NCBI GenBank assembly: GCA_012295275.1
Contig: CM022672.1
Location: forward strand, 25,234,001-25,298,000
DNA from: Chrysomallon squamiferum
Taxonomy: Eukaryota; Animalia; Mollusca
Length of the DNA stretch: 64,000 bases
Direction: 5' to 3'
Positions 38,958 through 53,400 of this stretch are shown here, one piece after another. The notes beneath the pieces are model-generated. The model was given only the letters and a program-made list of their open reading frames with translations. It was not told the DNA's origin and ran no database searches. The position numbers were made by a program, and so were the translations under genes. Within the stretch, counting starts at the first letter, position 1; each line of letters starts with the position of its first letter.

Positions 38958-39115
38958 TCAAACTGACGTTTCGCGAAATACACGAGTTGAACTGTCGCCC
39001 TGTCGTATGTGGATATATCGTGTTGTATCCACCTCGGAGATTTTCACTTGAGTGCTTGGAATGATGACATCACCTGCTCCAGGAAGCTGAGAGTAATCTC
39101 CCTTTGGTGTCAAAA
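38958..39115 (-). CDS. INPP5A: INPP5A alternative distal terminal exon ending in a class I PDZ-binding motif (…STRVFRETSV*)
   Basis: CTTTTTTCAG acceptor ending at 39116; phase 1 matches the AAG|GTAATT donor at 42023; open for 52 codons to TGA. Confidence 0.85.
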
Positions 39116-40359
39116 CTGAAAAAAGTTCAACAGGTGTTATGTAGTTAGTTACTGATAATTATTTATAAATAATGTACATGATATTAAAAAAAAAGAAAAT
39201 AAAGCATGTTTAATAACTCTTTGTCTGTCATTGAAGTCATTATAAATTATATGAATATATATTAATTTTTTTCATTGTCTAGCTAATGAAGAAAACAGAA
39301 AATTAATACACATACACATAAAAATATTCATATATTTTAATATGGATATTGTATTCCATCTTATTTCCTCATAAAATACACATGTCTAATCAATAAATGT
39401 TTAAACTGAGATCATAACAGACATATACTTAAAACATAAATCAGAAATTTCTGTTTATCTTACATATGTATACATATGTATACACACACAGTACATAAAC
39501 ACAAAAATATTTCATATATATAATGGGTTGAAACAAAAGTTCATAGTGTTTTTAAAGTGAAATTAAAGGACAGCATTTAATATCTGCATACAGATTTATT
39601 CATCTATGTGACATTTTGTTCAGAATACATGTCCTTCAGTGATGAAATCACATACTGAAATGCCAAATATTGCAAAATGCTACTCCTTTTATTCCATCTC
39701 AAAATATATGTGTCTGTGTGTGTACACTGTGTATGTCTGCATATAGATAATATTAAGAGATTATCTATATGCAGCCATGTTTTAATCTGTTTTTATAAAT
39801 TCATCTAGTAAAATTAAGTCACTAGCAAGTAAACTATAATTGAACAGTCCAAGCTCATATCTATAATATCTACAGTACATGCATGCATGCCTTAAACTTG
39901 CATTAATGAAATAAATTACACTATATATGTTTAAGCAAACAAATAAATAAATATAAATTTAAGGTAAATTTTTTGTTCATGAAGGATAAATTTTGAAAGA
40001 AAAGATATTCAAACTTTTATAAATGCTTTCAAAATTTTAAAATTAACAGTAGAATGTTCTTGGAAATTATAGATTACTATTTGACCAATTAAGAATTGTG
40101 TCATTTTATTAAAAATTACAAAAACCATTTATTTTTTTTACTTAAAAAATATATAATCTTGACTAAACGCAGATTACAATGAAAATAAAGCCGCTTTAAA
40201 ATTACTCTACAGCATCTATGATAAATATTTATTTATGCAGAAAATGAGATTATATAATAGTATTTTGTAATATTATTATCTTGTTTTCAATTTTTATGAA
40301 TAAAATATGAAATTAAAAGAAATATAATTTAGTAAATTATGAATAACCTATATTTGGAT

Positions 40360-40423
<64 letters not shown>

Positions 40424-43400
40424 TAATGGTTGTAGTAGTAATAATAATAATTCTAAATTTCTTTATGAACATGAAGAATAACAATTACACTAAGTATCTA
40501 ATACTTTCAAAATTAAAACTCCAATCTATATTTATAGTTTTAGATCCACATTAGTATTTTTTCATATATATCTTTTATTTATTTTTTTTAACATCATTTT
40601 AAAATTATGCATTTTTGAATATAAGCAAGCAGGAAAAAACATCAAAAAACAAAAACACCAAACACAAAAAACAAAGCAACATATTAAACAGTGCTAAACT
40701 GCTAAACTACAAAAATTCAACACTTCTTGAAGCCTCATTGTTAAATGAAAATACTATATTTACTTGAATTTCTAAATTATTTAATATTGATTAATATATT
40801 AATTTATGAAACAAGAAACACACCAAAGTGACTAATTTAAAATGATGAAATATTTAATTGTTGTAATTTCAAAAAAAGGAAAATGTATAAATAAATAAAA
40901 AAATAAATAGTATCAATAAATGTTCCATAAATCAAATTAATATACAAATAAATTAAAATTAACATTATAAAATATAAACATGAAAAAGTGAAATAAATAT
41001 ACTAATATGAAAAAACCCCAACTAAAATAATTAAAATGAAATAAACAAAATAAAATAAAATTAAAACTAAAACAAACAAAAAATAAAATAAAATAAATAA
41101 AACAAAACAAAATAAAGACAAAAAATAAAATAAAATAAAATGAAAACAAAAAGAAAGTGCACTGAAAATGAGAAATTAAAGAAAACCCTTAATAAATCCC
41201 TTCGAAATGAGCATGAACCAATTACAAAAAGGATTCAAGAAGTGAGAGTTAAAATAAAACAAATGAAACCAAGGCCACTCACATTAAGAAACAAAAAGGT
41301 CACGACACATAAGCCACAGTGATCATAATAAAGTGCAAGGGCAAGGACACTTGGAGGTCGTGATACTGCCGGATCTGGACGTCGCCAGCTGCTTTTTCAT
41401 CTTTGTCTTACTCCTCCGACCAGACTCAGAAATGGGAGCATGCTCAGATACATCAATCTTTTTGCCATCATGCAACACATCATTATTATTAGCAGTACTA
41501 TTTACAGCCGTGCACACACCAACACTATTTTTGTCAACCATTAAAGATTTGCATTCTCTACAGTCTTTTCTAACTACTACTGCATCGTCATCATCATCAT
41601 TAACATCGTTTTTCAAGTCATCAGAGACATGAGAAACAGTAGTAGTCACAGAAGCAGTATCAGGTTCCCGATCTTTGCTAACGATATTAAAATCTGTTAT
41701 CTGCTCTATTTCATCAAAATCTTCTGATGAAGAACTGTGGTGTCTTGTTCGTGGCCGCCTTGGCCACGCCTTAAGAACCCTACCAACAGTCATGATCTGA
41801 AAAGCAACATCCTGCAGGGACAGGCGACTGCTACTCTCAGGAATTGTTGTTTTTGTTTTGATACTGCTTCTGAACTCGGGAAGCAAGTCATTTTCTTTCT
41901 CGAAGGTTGCAAAGTCATGAATGTTGACAACCTCCAAGTCTGCATTATCAATGTCTTCCCCATTAATTGAGAGTGTGTTTTTTCGGTTTAATATCAAATG
42001 GGCAGATGAGTTGTTAAAATTACCTTTGCCTGGTTTAAAGTGAATACAAAGATAGACTGGCTGCAGATTGGAAAGAAAGGAAAGGAAAAAAAAAAAAAGA
42101 AAACATTTTAACTGTAATTCAATAAATAGTAATAGAAAATACATAATTTTATTAACAGGTAAATGGATTTTTAAAAACACAAAAAGTTGACCAAAAAACA
42201 TATTAAAAAAAAAAATTTAATCTTTTAATTACTGTATTTTAAAACAAGATATGAAAAGGTAAATAATAAAATTACATTTAAACTAAAAATATTTGTTGAG
42301 ATTCATTTTCATATATTGTAAATTAAACAACAAAGCTGCTATTATTATTAAAAATCATAATAAAATAAAAAATAATGAAGAAAATAGTACCTTCCATGTC
42401 AAGCAGATACAACTGTATTAGTATCATTCTTGAAGATACATAAAATATATGAAGTATTTACTTACCTTGTGGTCCCCCATACATACTTCCTTTCCAATAA
42501 TGTCATACTGGACTAGGTGACTGTCATCCTGAAACATAAATAAACCATCTGTTTGTAATTAAAAACTTAATACTATTTAGCTAAAAAATGATTCTGTTAG
42601 TTGATATTAAAAAAAATTAACAGTTTTAAAATTTATGTCTGCAATAAAATGATTTAGATTTCTTCAATTTAAATAATAAAAAAAAAAATTAAAACATTAT
42701 ACTATGTGTAACTAAATTCTTTTCATAAATTAGACTTTATAAAAGTAACGTCTGACTAACATTTGGCTTATAAGACTAATCAAATGCATAAAACACATGT
42801 CGTTTAATATACTTCAGGATATTAAAATCACCAATATAACATGTACACTTGAATAAAATCTATCCATTGACAATATTGAAACTTCATATAAATCCAGAAA
42901 ATACATTATTTCTTTGGTTAGAAGAACACTTATTTATCACTGTTGTTCAAGAAAACAAATAAAATATGTTTTGAAAAATCTTTTAACTAGAATTACAGTG
43001 TAACTGATTTTTGTCCTGAACTACTAGATAATCACATATTGACATATCTAGTTATGCAAGACCAAGAAGATAATGATAAATGAACAAACAATTGGAAAGT
43101 CAAATACGAATACATCACATAACAGAAAGTTATGTAATAAATTTTAATACATCCCCTTATGAAATGTCAGATTATATATTAATTAATAAATCCCCATATT
43201 GATGATTAGGCTGTTAAATATTTAAGTACAGTGCTACAGTTCATTAAATAAAATATAGTTTTCTATTAGCAAATATAACAAATTTATCTCATGATATTAA
43301 TATATCTGCTTGTAGACAATCACATAGGAATTAATGTATCTTGTTTTAAAAAATCTGTCTGATATTAGTATCTCTTTGATATTAATTATCAGTGGGTATA

Positions 43401-44391
43401 ATATTAATATATTCTCTTACAAACCATCAAAGTATCTCTTTGTTATTAATAGGTCTACTTATTGACCATCAATTTATCTGTAAACCATCACTATATCTCC
43501 TTGATACCACTGTGTCTTTTTATTATTATTATATCTCCTTATAGACCACCGGTATTCTTCTTTGATATTAATGTATCTCTTAGACATTAACATATCTCTC
43601 TGATATTAATGTATCTCCTTAAAGATACCGTATACCTCTTGGATGTCAGTATGTCTCTTTGACATTACTATATCTCTTTGATATTAATATATCTGCCTAC
43701 AGACTATCAGTATTCTTTTTTGATGTCAAAACAACTTTTGGATACTGTTATAATGTCCTTATAGATACCATCAGTATATATCTTTTTATATTACTACATC
43801 TGCCTACAGACCATCAGAGCATCTTTGAGACTGTTTACCTCGAGAATAATGTCTTTGGCACTGTGGCTAAGTAGAATCCGGTCACACCAAGATGGACATC
43901 TTGTCTTCATGTATGACTGGCCATCGTTGATGTCTTCACTGAATGGGTAACTCGGAGGGAAGTTGATAGCGTATTCAAACAACCTGTCAGAAAATGACTG
44001 AAATTCTGTGTCGTACTGATGAAGCTGAAAAAATAATTTAAAAATTAATAAAAAACGACAATATTTAATGAAACGGGAAACAAATTTAAAAGATATCTAT
44101 ACTTTAAATGCTTGCTTATATGCTGGGTTTATATTAATGAAAAAAGAGAAAAGAATTATAATAAAATAAAATAAATACATAAAATAAATTTAAAAAAAGA
44201 AGAAAAAAGAATAACAAAAAGATATCTCTGTTTCTCTCTCTCTCTGTATGTTTCCGCCTCTCTTTCTCTTGATGTGTGTGCATGTGTGTGCACAGAAACA
44301 CATATATACCTACACAATCATACATATTCACAGGATCTGGTACAGAATAATTATATTGTTGAAAATTCAAAAACTACATTTCTTAACTCTA

Positions 44392-44446
<55 letters not shown>

Positions 44447-47400
44447 AATAAATATAAAAATAAAGCATAAAATGTAATAAAAAAAATATATAAAAAAATG
44501 TTTCTTTATCAAGAACATATTCCACTGAGGACCAATAAAATATAATAATTTATTAATACCTACAAAAAATTGTCAAAATGTAAAAAATGCCAAAATTTGT
44601 AATTTTAATGATCACATTTTAAAGTCCAGGAAAAAAAAAAAAAATCAATTCATTAAGGCAAATAGGTTTTTTAATGGTGAAAAGATCTAAAACATTAAAT
44701 GTTGCAGTTATAAATTCTGAATCAGTAATATTTTTCTTTTTCCTTAGTATATTGTTAGTTTCTGGTTCTCAAATATTCATAAGTAAGAAAAATCAAGTAC
44801 AAGAAGCTGAATTTAAAATGAAGGCACATCAATATTTTACCCATTTTGCTGAATTGAAAAACAGATCAGAATGCTTATCATGGTAGTCAAAGCCTTTGGT
44901 TTCCACGGTCAATATGGCCTAAAAATAAAAAATAACATTATTAATATCTAAATGTAGTAATATTTCAAACAGATTTAAAAAAAAACAAAAAAACATCAAC
45001 AACATTATCACCATATAAATACTGTACAAAACAAATAATGGTAATTTAAATGGATTTTTTATATATTTTTTAGTAGTCAATAATAATAATAATAATAATA
45101 ACAATAATAATAATGTAAAAACAAAAGCAATGATGAATATCATCATGGTAATAATGAAAACATAAAAATGATGATGATGATAATGTAAAAACAAAAGTGA
45201 TGATGATTATAATGATAATTCTCACAACAATTTTATTTTCATACTTTATTATTAGTCAATATTTTTTTTCTCATGGAAAACATCTTGGAAATACACAAAA
45301 CATATTTATTATTATTTTTAAAAGAAAAAATGTCAAATTGACCTTTCCATTAACCTCCTCTGTGTAGACAATCTTATTGACCTGATCCTTTTTCCCTTTG
45401 GTCATCTCCAACTGGGCTTTTGCTGTAAGTTCCTGCAGAAAACAACAAATATTTATCTTTCATCATAACTGGAATGTTTTTTATTTCTGACTTTCTCAAA
45501 AATAACTGTCAAACTTTCAACATCTGACTTTGATGGCCATGAACATCATTTATCTTTTATTATAACATAATCAACAAATTCAAATCTTGAAGATTTTTCA
45601 TGGCCAAGGAAAATATTTCTTCTTAATATCACTATTAATGTGAAACTATTTGGTTTATCAAAACATCTGAATCGACTGTGTGTATTTATAGTTGGCTGCC
45701 ATGGTGTTTAATCTTGTGTGTGTTGTTGTGGAAGAAACTGCTACAGGATCAGTTACAGTATACAAAGATTTCTATTCATTAATTTACTCCCCACCTGATA
45801 TAGTGAATAAACCAACAACAAACTGAATTTTCTCTTTACATTACAGAACATACCCTATTGTTATACAAATTATTTAATTCAATCACAGCAAGACCAACAT
45901 AATTGAAATCTATCTTTGGTTTGTATGTAGAATTAGCTAAAACCATATTAAAAATTTACCAGTTTTTGTTTCTGGTAAACCAATCTTTGTTAATAATGAA
46001 GTACATCACTAAAATAGTAATATGCAATGTATGTTATGTATATGACAATAATTCATTAATTTAGTTACTGAAAACTAGGATATGTATTGTTAGTTTTATT
46101 TAAAGAATCCTATGAATGTGTAATTAAATGAAAATTGAAATCAACAAGTATGTGTTTCTCACCTTTATTAACAAATGTGTGTCCAGACGAAAATTGAAAT
46201 CACCAAATATGATCAGAGGCACTTTATCATATTTGTCTGTTTCAAACCTGTTTAAATTTAAAAAGAATAAAGATAAAAAAATAAAAAATAAAAATAAAGA
46301 AAGGAAAAAGGAAAAAAAGAAAGAAAAAGAAAAAGAAATGACAAGACAAAAGCAAATTCTGCTGTAATTAATAATTTCCCTTATTTAATGAATTATCCAA
46401 GGTCTTTATTGTTAAGACAATTAATGTGAATTTCTTGTCTTCTGTGTATTCATTTTTTTATTATAATATTTTTAAACATATTCTGAGAATTAACATCTAT
46501 TCATGGCTGGCCTATATTTTTCTAACACATTTTGAAAAGAATAAATGTAATTGTGTATGTAAAAAAAAAAATGTAATTGTTAAAAAAAGAAAAAAGAATA
46601 TTAAAGATTACATGGTACTGAAGAACAAAATTTTTAATCATCAAATTAATATGAACTATTTCTTACTAAACAAACTTAAAAGAAAAGCCATTCATATGAT
46701 AAACAGTTTGAAATTATCTGAAAAGTAACATTTCCAAAATTACTATGATTTTAATTTTTTTTATAAAGACCATCACACATTCTAGCACATCTAAGGAAAG
46801 AGGAAAAAAGAAACAGAAAGATTCACTGACAGGCAAAGTCACTAATAAAAAAACAACCCCAAAAACAAAGAAGAATAACCCACATAATATTATAATCAGT
46901 AGTTTTGAACACCTGCCCATCTGATTCCCCTTGAGTGTTTTATGACTGGTTAAAGTCATTGAATCTGACACACTATAGATTTTTAAAAATTTCTGATACT
47001 GTATGTTACATGAATTAATCACGAACGATAATGTGGCCTTTCACCTACCTCTGCAGTGTATGTAACAAAGCTTGCTGTCTACTGCCACTGTATATGGAAG
47101 GACTCTGAAATTTTAAATTGAAACAATACTTACTGGCATATTAAACAGATTTGTATTCAGTTTTATTTAACAATACAGTGTAACTTGATTGTTGATGACC
47201 TTTTGATATCAAATACGGAAGATCTCTGAAATTTTAAATTGAAATACAATAGTTGGACATGTTCAATTTTATTTAACAATACAGTGTAACTTGATTGTTG
47301 ATGACCTTTTGATATAAAATACGGAAGATCTCTGAAATTTTAAATTGAAATACAATAGTTGGACATGTTCAATTGTATTTGACAATACAGTGTAACTTGA

Positions 47401-48026
47401 TTTCTGATGACCTTTTGATATCAAATATTCATGATCATTATAATAGTTACAGTAATAATCATGATGCTGACTGAAATGTTAACACACAAAGTGTAACACA
47501 CACACACACTTATAACAAACTCAAAAGCTGCTTAAATAAAACATGACAATAAGATATTTGATCCTTGGATTACCTCTTGTATTTCTTTCTTTGTGTATGA
47601 CTCGAAGGCACTGTCTTCATTAAGACCAATAATAATCTGACACAAAAATAAAACAGTGTCTGAAACAGCCATTTTAATCTGAACAAAAACACTTCAGATA
47701 TTTTTACCATGGCTTTTTGTTTTATATATGATTATTTTTATTTTTATTTTTTTTAGATTTGGGTTATTAATTGTTCAAGATCTGACTTATTTGTACACAC
47801 CAAGAATCCAAGTATTAAGCAAGAGAACTGATTCTAACACAAAACTCAATAAAAGCTGTTCAGTGAGGCATTAAATACATCCAGGTAACGAATGCGTAAG
47901 AATATTCATCAGAATTAATCAATATTTTACACTATTCTTGGAAACAAACTGAAATAAAGTATTTTTTTAAATTTAAAAATACTTGTTATAATTTTTCAAG
48001 AATTTTGAAGCATGTTCTTTTACAGA

Positions 48027-48066
<40 letters not shown>

Positions 48067-50368
48067 CTATATCAGTAGATGTTTTTGGAGTATATATATA
48101 TATATATATTAAATAATTTAAATAAAAAATAAAAAATTCAAAGAATATTTATTATTTTATTTTTTGTTCTTGTCAATTTTAAGTTATATTACTCTAGAAC
48201 ATTATTTTCAATGATTTTCTTTCAAATAACAGTAGAATTTTGTTTACTTGGTAGATGACAATATGGCTATGTCAATTTGACTGTGTGAATTTGAGTTTTG
48301 TCAGCGGTTAGATCTTTTATTTATCTTGCCATCTTTAGCCAAAAAAAAAAAAAGAAAAAAGAAAAACCAAGGTAATGTAATGCTAAAAAGATAATAAATA
48401 AAGAAACAAATAAATACATGAATACAAAAAAAAATAAAAAAGTAAAAAAATAAATAAATACATAAAATATAATAAACTGATGGCAAAGAAAACAAGAAAA
48501 GGTTAAAAGTTATTTATAGACTTTACCAGAAACTCTGTGTCTCCAGTAAATGACATTTATGCACTCATAGCTATAATCTGCACTTTTCTAAATTTTGTAT
48601 ATACAATGAAAAATCTCTCTCTCTCCCCCCGTACACACATAAAATCAATGATTCTCTCTCTGATGTGTGTGAACATGCAGATAAAAAAAAAATATATTAA
48701 TAAAATAAAATTCACTATACACATTAAAAACAATACCATCTTACAGACAACAAAATATTACAGAAAATTTTAAAACAAATATTTAAAGTTAAAAATGCAT
48801 CTTACAAAGAAATAATATATATACATCTTTAAGAAAAAATAATAAAAATATATATATATATATATATAAAAATAAAATAAACAACAATAATAGTAATCAT
48901 TGTCATCATCATCATTATCATCATCATAAATAAATAAATAAATAAAACATCTGAAAATTTTAAATTAAATGTACCAGAATTCTTAAAAAGATTTTTGAAA
49001 CTCAGGAACATGTGTCCTAACATACAGTTATATTTAATTAGTGATGTTTGTGTGCCTTCTAAACTCTAATATATTTATAGAAATAATAAGGACATACACA
49101 CCAAAACATAACATCCTTTGTTATTTTTACATGTTAATAATCTTACTTTTTTAATTAATATATATATGGCTGTCACAGATAAGCTATGTTCTATTTTTCC
49201 AGAACAGAACAGTATTTGTTTGAGTTCTCTTTAAAGATGCTTTCAGACAAACACGTTTGTTGTGAATGCAACAAATAATTTCAAATGAATATGTCACTAA
49301 TGTATGCAAACAAAAATGATAATAATAATATGATGAAGATAAAATTGATGTTGTTATAATTATAATGATGATTTTGGTTTTGTTGATTATTATAATGATG
49401 GTGGTGATTATAATCATGATAAAAGGTTTACAATTATTACAGTGTTGAATACAAAATGCTAATGATGATAATAATATGATGATAATAATATTAATAAACC
49501 AACAACAAAGATATAAGGTTGCCATGTTGCAACATAAAATTCTTTCATGGATTAAACATGAAAAGGAAACATAGTGTAATACACTATGATATATACTCAC
49601 GGATTGCATTGCAAGGATGTTTGAAGCATCATGGAAAAGGTGAATATTAACAAGATCAAAGATACTGAAATAAAAGAATTAAAAAAAAATATTCATTAAA
49701 AATTAAAAATGAGTAATTAAGGCTTCTTATTCCAAGAATTGGTTTTTGAAAAAGATATTTTTTAATTTCAATCACAACTGGTCCTAATCTAAATGATGCT
49801 TGAGATATTGCAATGATGCATTCATTTGTCGAAAAAAAAAAAAAATAATAATAATAATAAATAAAAAACATGTGATGGGTATTAAACAAACTGTTCTAAA
49901 AAGAAAATTAATTTTTTGTTATTAATATTTAAAAATGCTTATTATTTTAAAAATAGGCACTTTATAGCAACATAGAAAAGAAGAGGAAAGTAAAAAATAA
50001 TAATAAAAAAAATAAAATAAAAAATAAAATATTGTAGTTTCTGTTTTAGAACTGTGTTCTAATAAATACAATAAATAACAACAGCAAACACTAGATATCT
50101 AATCTATATCAGATCTGCATCATTTGCCCACCCCCTTGCATTTGGTAATTAAATAACAGGAATAAATAAATAAATATTTGTCATATCTATCTCAGATATA
50201 TTTAATAACATTTAACAATAAAAATAAACTGATGTCTATTTCAGATATGTATAATAAGAAACAAAATAGTTAATAACTGAAAAAAATAAATAGATTTCCT
50301 TTCCAGTACATCTAATAATAAACAAATTAAATAATAACAGCAACAAATAAATAGATGTTATGTTCAGA

Positions 50369-50406
<38 letters not shown>

Positions 50407-53400
50407 TTTAAACAAACTTCTTTTGTTTTTGGTAGTAAATAACAGAGATGAATAGATGTTATATTGTTTCAGATATTTCTAGTACAAGAGATGTAGCAGT
50501 AAAATTGTTCAGAAGGCTTATTATCAAATTCAGACAATTCTTCCTGCCACTGTTTTATGAAAAATTTGAAATTAATAGCAATTCACGGACAACAAAATAA
50601 ATATCATGAAACCTCATTTTGGTAATTGTGTAGCAGTGTGGATTAATTTTGTCAAAGAAAGGAGAGGGAAGAAGAAGAAAAGGAGAAAGTTTGTTTATAT
50701 TTACTGCAAAAACTGCATTATATAAATTATCAAGATGACTATTGTTTGAGATGTGTATATTAGATAATAAGTATTTTCAAACAATAATAACAGTGACACA
50801 ACAACATGAAACATACTAAGAGTATTATATTTTTTTTAAAGTTGTGTATTGTTTTATAAACTTCATTTCATCAGTGATATATCTGTGTGCGTAAATAAAT
50901 CAAACAATTAAAAATCAAAATATTTCTTCAACGTAACATTAATTTAAAAATCACTTTTTTTCTTGTAATACACAAACATTTTTAAAGTCAGAAATAAATT
51001 CACTGTTGCAACTGTTGGGTTTTTGAAGATTTTATTTTTTATTTATTTTTATTTATTTTCAGTTTGAGGTTTTCTTTCCTAACAGTTATTTATATTATAG
51101 ACAGCAATAATACTTCTAAAGTGACAGAAATAAAATATCGATTCTTTTATCTGAATCTTTCAAAACCATTATTTTCTGTTCACTCTTAGATTCACTGTTT
51201 ATTATAAACAAAAATAAAAAATTTAATATTGATGTTTAAAAATGAAAAAAGATTTCTGTCACTGAAATATTGATTTAATTTAATTTTTAAACATCAGTTC
51301 CCACCCCCCTACTAGTTGCAATCATTTTAAAACTGGCATCTACAAATCAACATTCTATCAGTGTAATATTGATTCAGTTATTCAAATGTATTTTTACCAC
51401 TTACTTTTTTTTTTTTTTTTTTTTTTTTTCCACTATTAATGTGATTGCAGAAAATTTTGAAAGTCATGTCTCAAAATCAAAGATCTTCTATCACCAAAAT
51501 ACTGATTCAGTTATTATCTTAATATAGTAATAGTAAAGTTTTTTATCATTAATAATTTAACTTTACCCTCTCTTTTTCCTTACTGTAACCTGTTATAATC
51601 ATAAATAATAATTTAAAAAAAAAAAGGATTTTAATTCTATCTGCATCATAATAATGATTATGTTGTTAAAATTATATTCCCAATTTTGTTTTTTATAATA
51701 ATCTTAGTTTTTAATATACATATTTTTTTTTTTTTAGATTACTTGAAAAAATAAGAATAAAAAGTAGAGAAAATTGAAAACTGAATCTGATTTCTTTTTA
51801 AATAATTACATCTGCTTTTAATCAGGCAAAAATCAGTACAGTGAATTTTTTTTTTTTAATTAAAAAAGAAAAATAAGAATGAAACCTCTATTCTTAAGGA
51901 GAAGTCTTATAAGTCATTAATCTATATTTTAAACACCACATTATTTTATTTAAACCTTAAACTGTTTGTTTCGATAACTGTAATTGATTATTTGCCAGAT
52001 GTTCCATAACATGGATTTTTTTCCCTTTAACACAGAATATATTATATATATGTATATATATGTATGTTTAAACATTCTTTTGCCTTTGAAAATATCCTGC
52101 TTAAGAGAGAGAGAGCAAAAAGAGAAAAAAAGGAAAACCTTCACATAAATAACAACATGCATTAATAATAATATTAAAAAATAATAATAACAATAACATT
52201 AATAAAACAATAATAATATAATAACAAAAACAATAAATAAATAAATAAAAATTAAAAACAAAAATAATGAATTATAATCATAAAATAAACTACATTTTTG
52301 TTATCAGAAGTGTTTAGCTTGAATACAAATCAGATCTAATTTGTCATTTCAATTTAATGAAAATATAGAGAAGAGACAACATGTTATGCATATTCACCGA
52401 CATTAAATACACATTATTGTCCAACACAAACAAGAATTTTGATACATCTGATCAGTAAAAAGATAAAAATCTCACAGATTATAATTACTATTATTTTTTT
52501 AACATACAGCACACACAGCCACTGATATGAACAGCAGCTAACTTAGTCTAGTCAGATGGTGCAAAGCATGTCACATTAATAGTAAACACCCACTGGTGAA
52601 TTTGGCTGTTAATGTATTTTTTATGGCTACTAAAACTAATTTAACAAGTAGCATTATTTATGTATGATAATTACAAAGGAGTTGTGACTGAGGTTGTTTC
52701 TTTTCTGTTGTTTTTGTTTTCTCAATTATCATTTTATTACTTTATTATTATTATTATCATTATTATTGTTATTGTTGTTGTTGTTAATTGATTATTGTTA
52801 TTATTGTTAATTATTATTGTTGTATTATTATTATTATTTTTTATTCATTTAATGTATTTGGTTTATGTATTCTATTAAAATATTTGGCCTGTGTTTATTT
52901 TGAATCTTTTGGCTTGAGCATACCTTTAAAAGTCTTTAGCCAAAACTAATTGTTCTTTTAATATATTAGCTTCAGGTATTATTTTCAAGTATATGACACT
53001 AATATCCTTAAAGCACTTAACCTGAATAGTTCTTTAACAGTATTTGTTGTGACTATTCCTTTAAAATATTTATCTTAACTGTACCTTTAATGTATTGAGT
53101 TTAGTGTAACTGAATTAATTTAAAGTATTTGAAATGAGTAATTCATTTAAAGTATTTGGCTCAAGTATTCCTTTACAATATGTGGTCTGAGTATTCATTA
53201 TAAGTATATGGTTTTGTTTATTATTTTAAATATTTGGTCCAAGTATTTCTTTGAATTATTTGGATCTGAATGTTCCTTTACAGACTTTAGTCCCAAGTAT
53301 TTCTTTACAGAATTTGGCCTGATTATTCATTTAAAGCATTCTGCCATATTTTTTATTCCTTAAGTAATATATATAAATGGATATATTACTTTCAAGTATT

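Noticed and set aside
42061-42201. Hydrophobic N-terminus of the 292-aa ORF as a signal or TM segment
   Set aside because: It is the intron's polypyrimidine tract read through; the exon begins at 42060.
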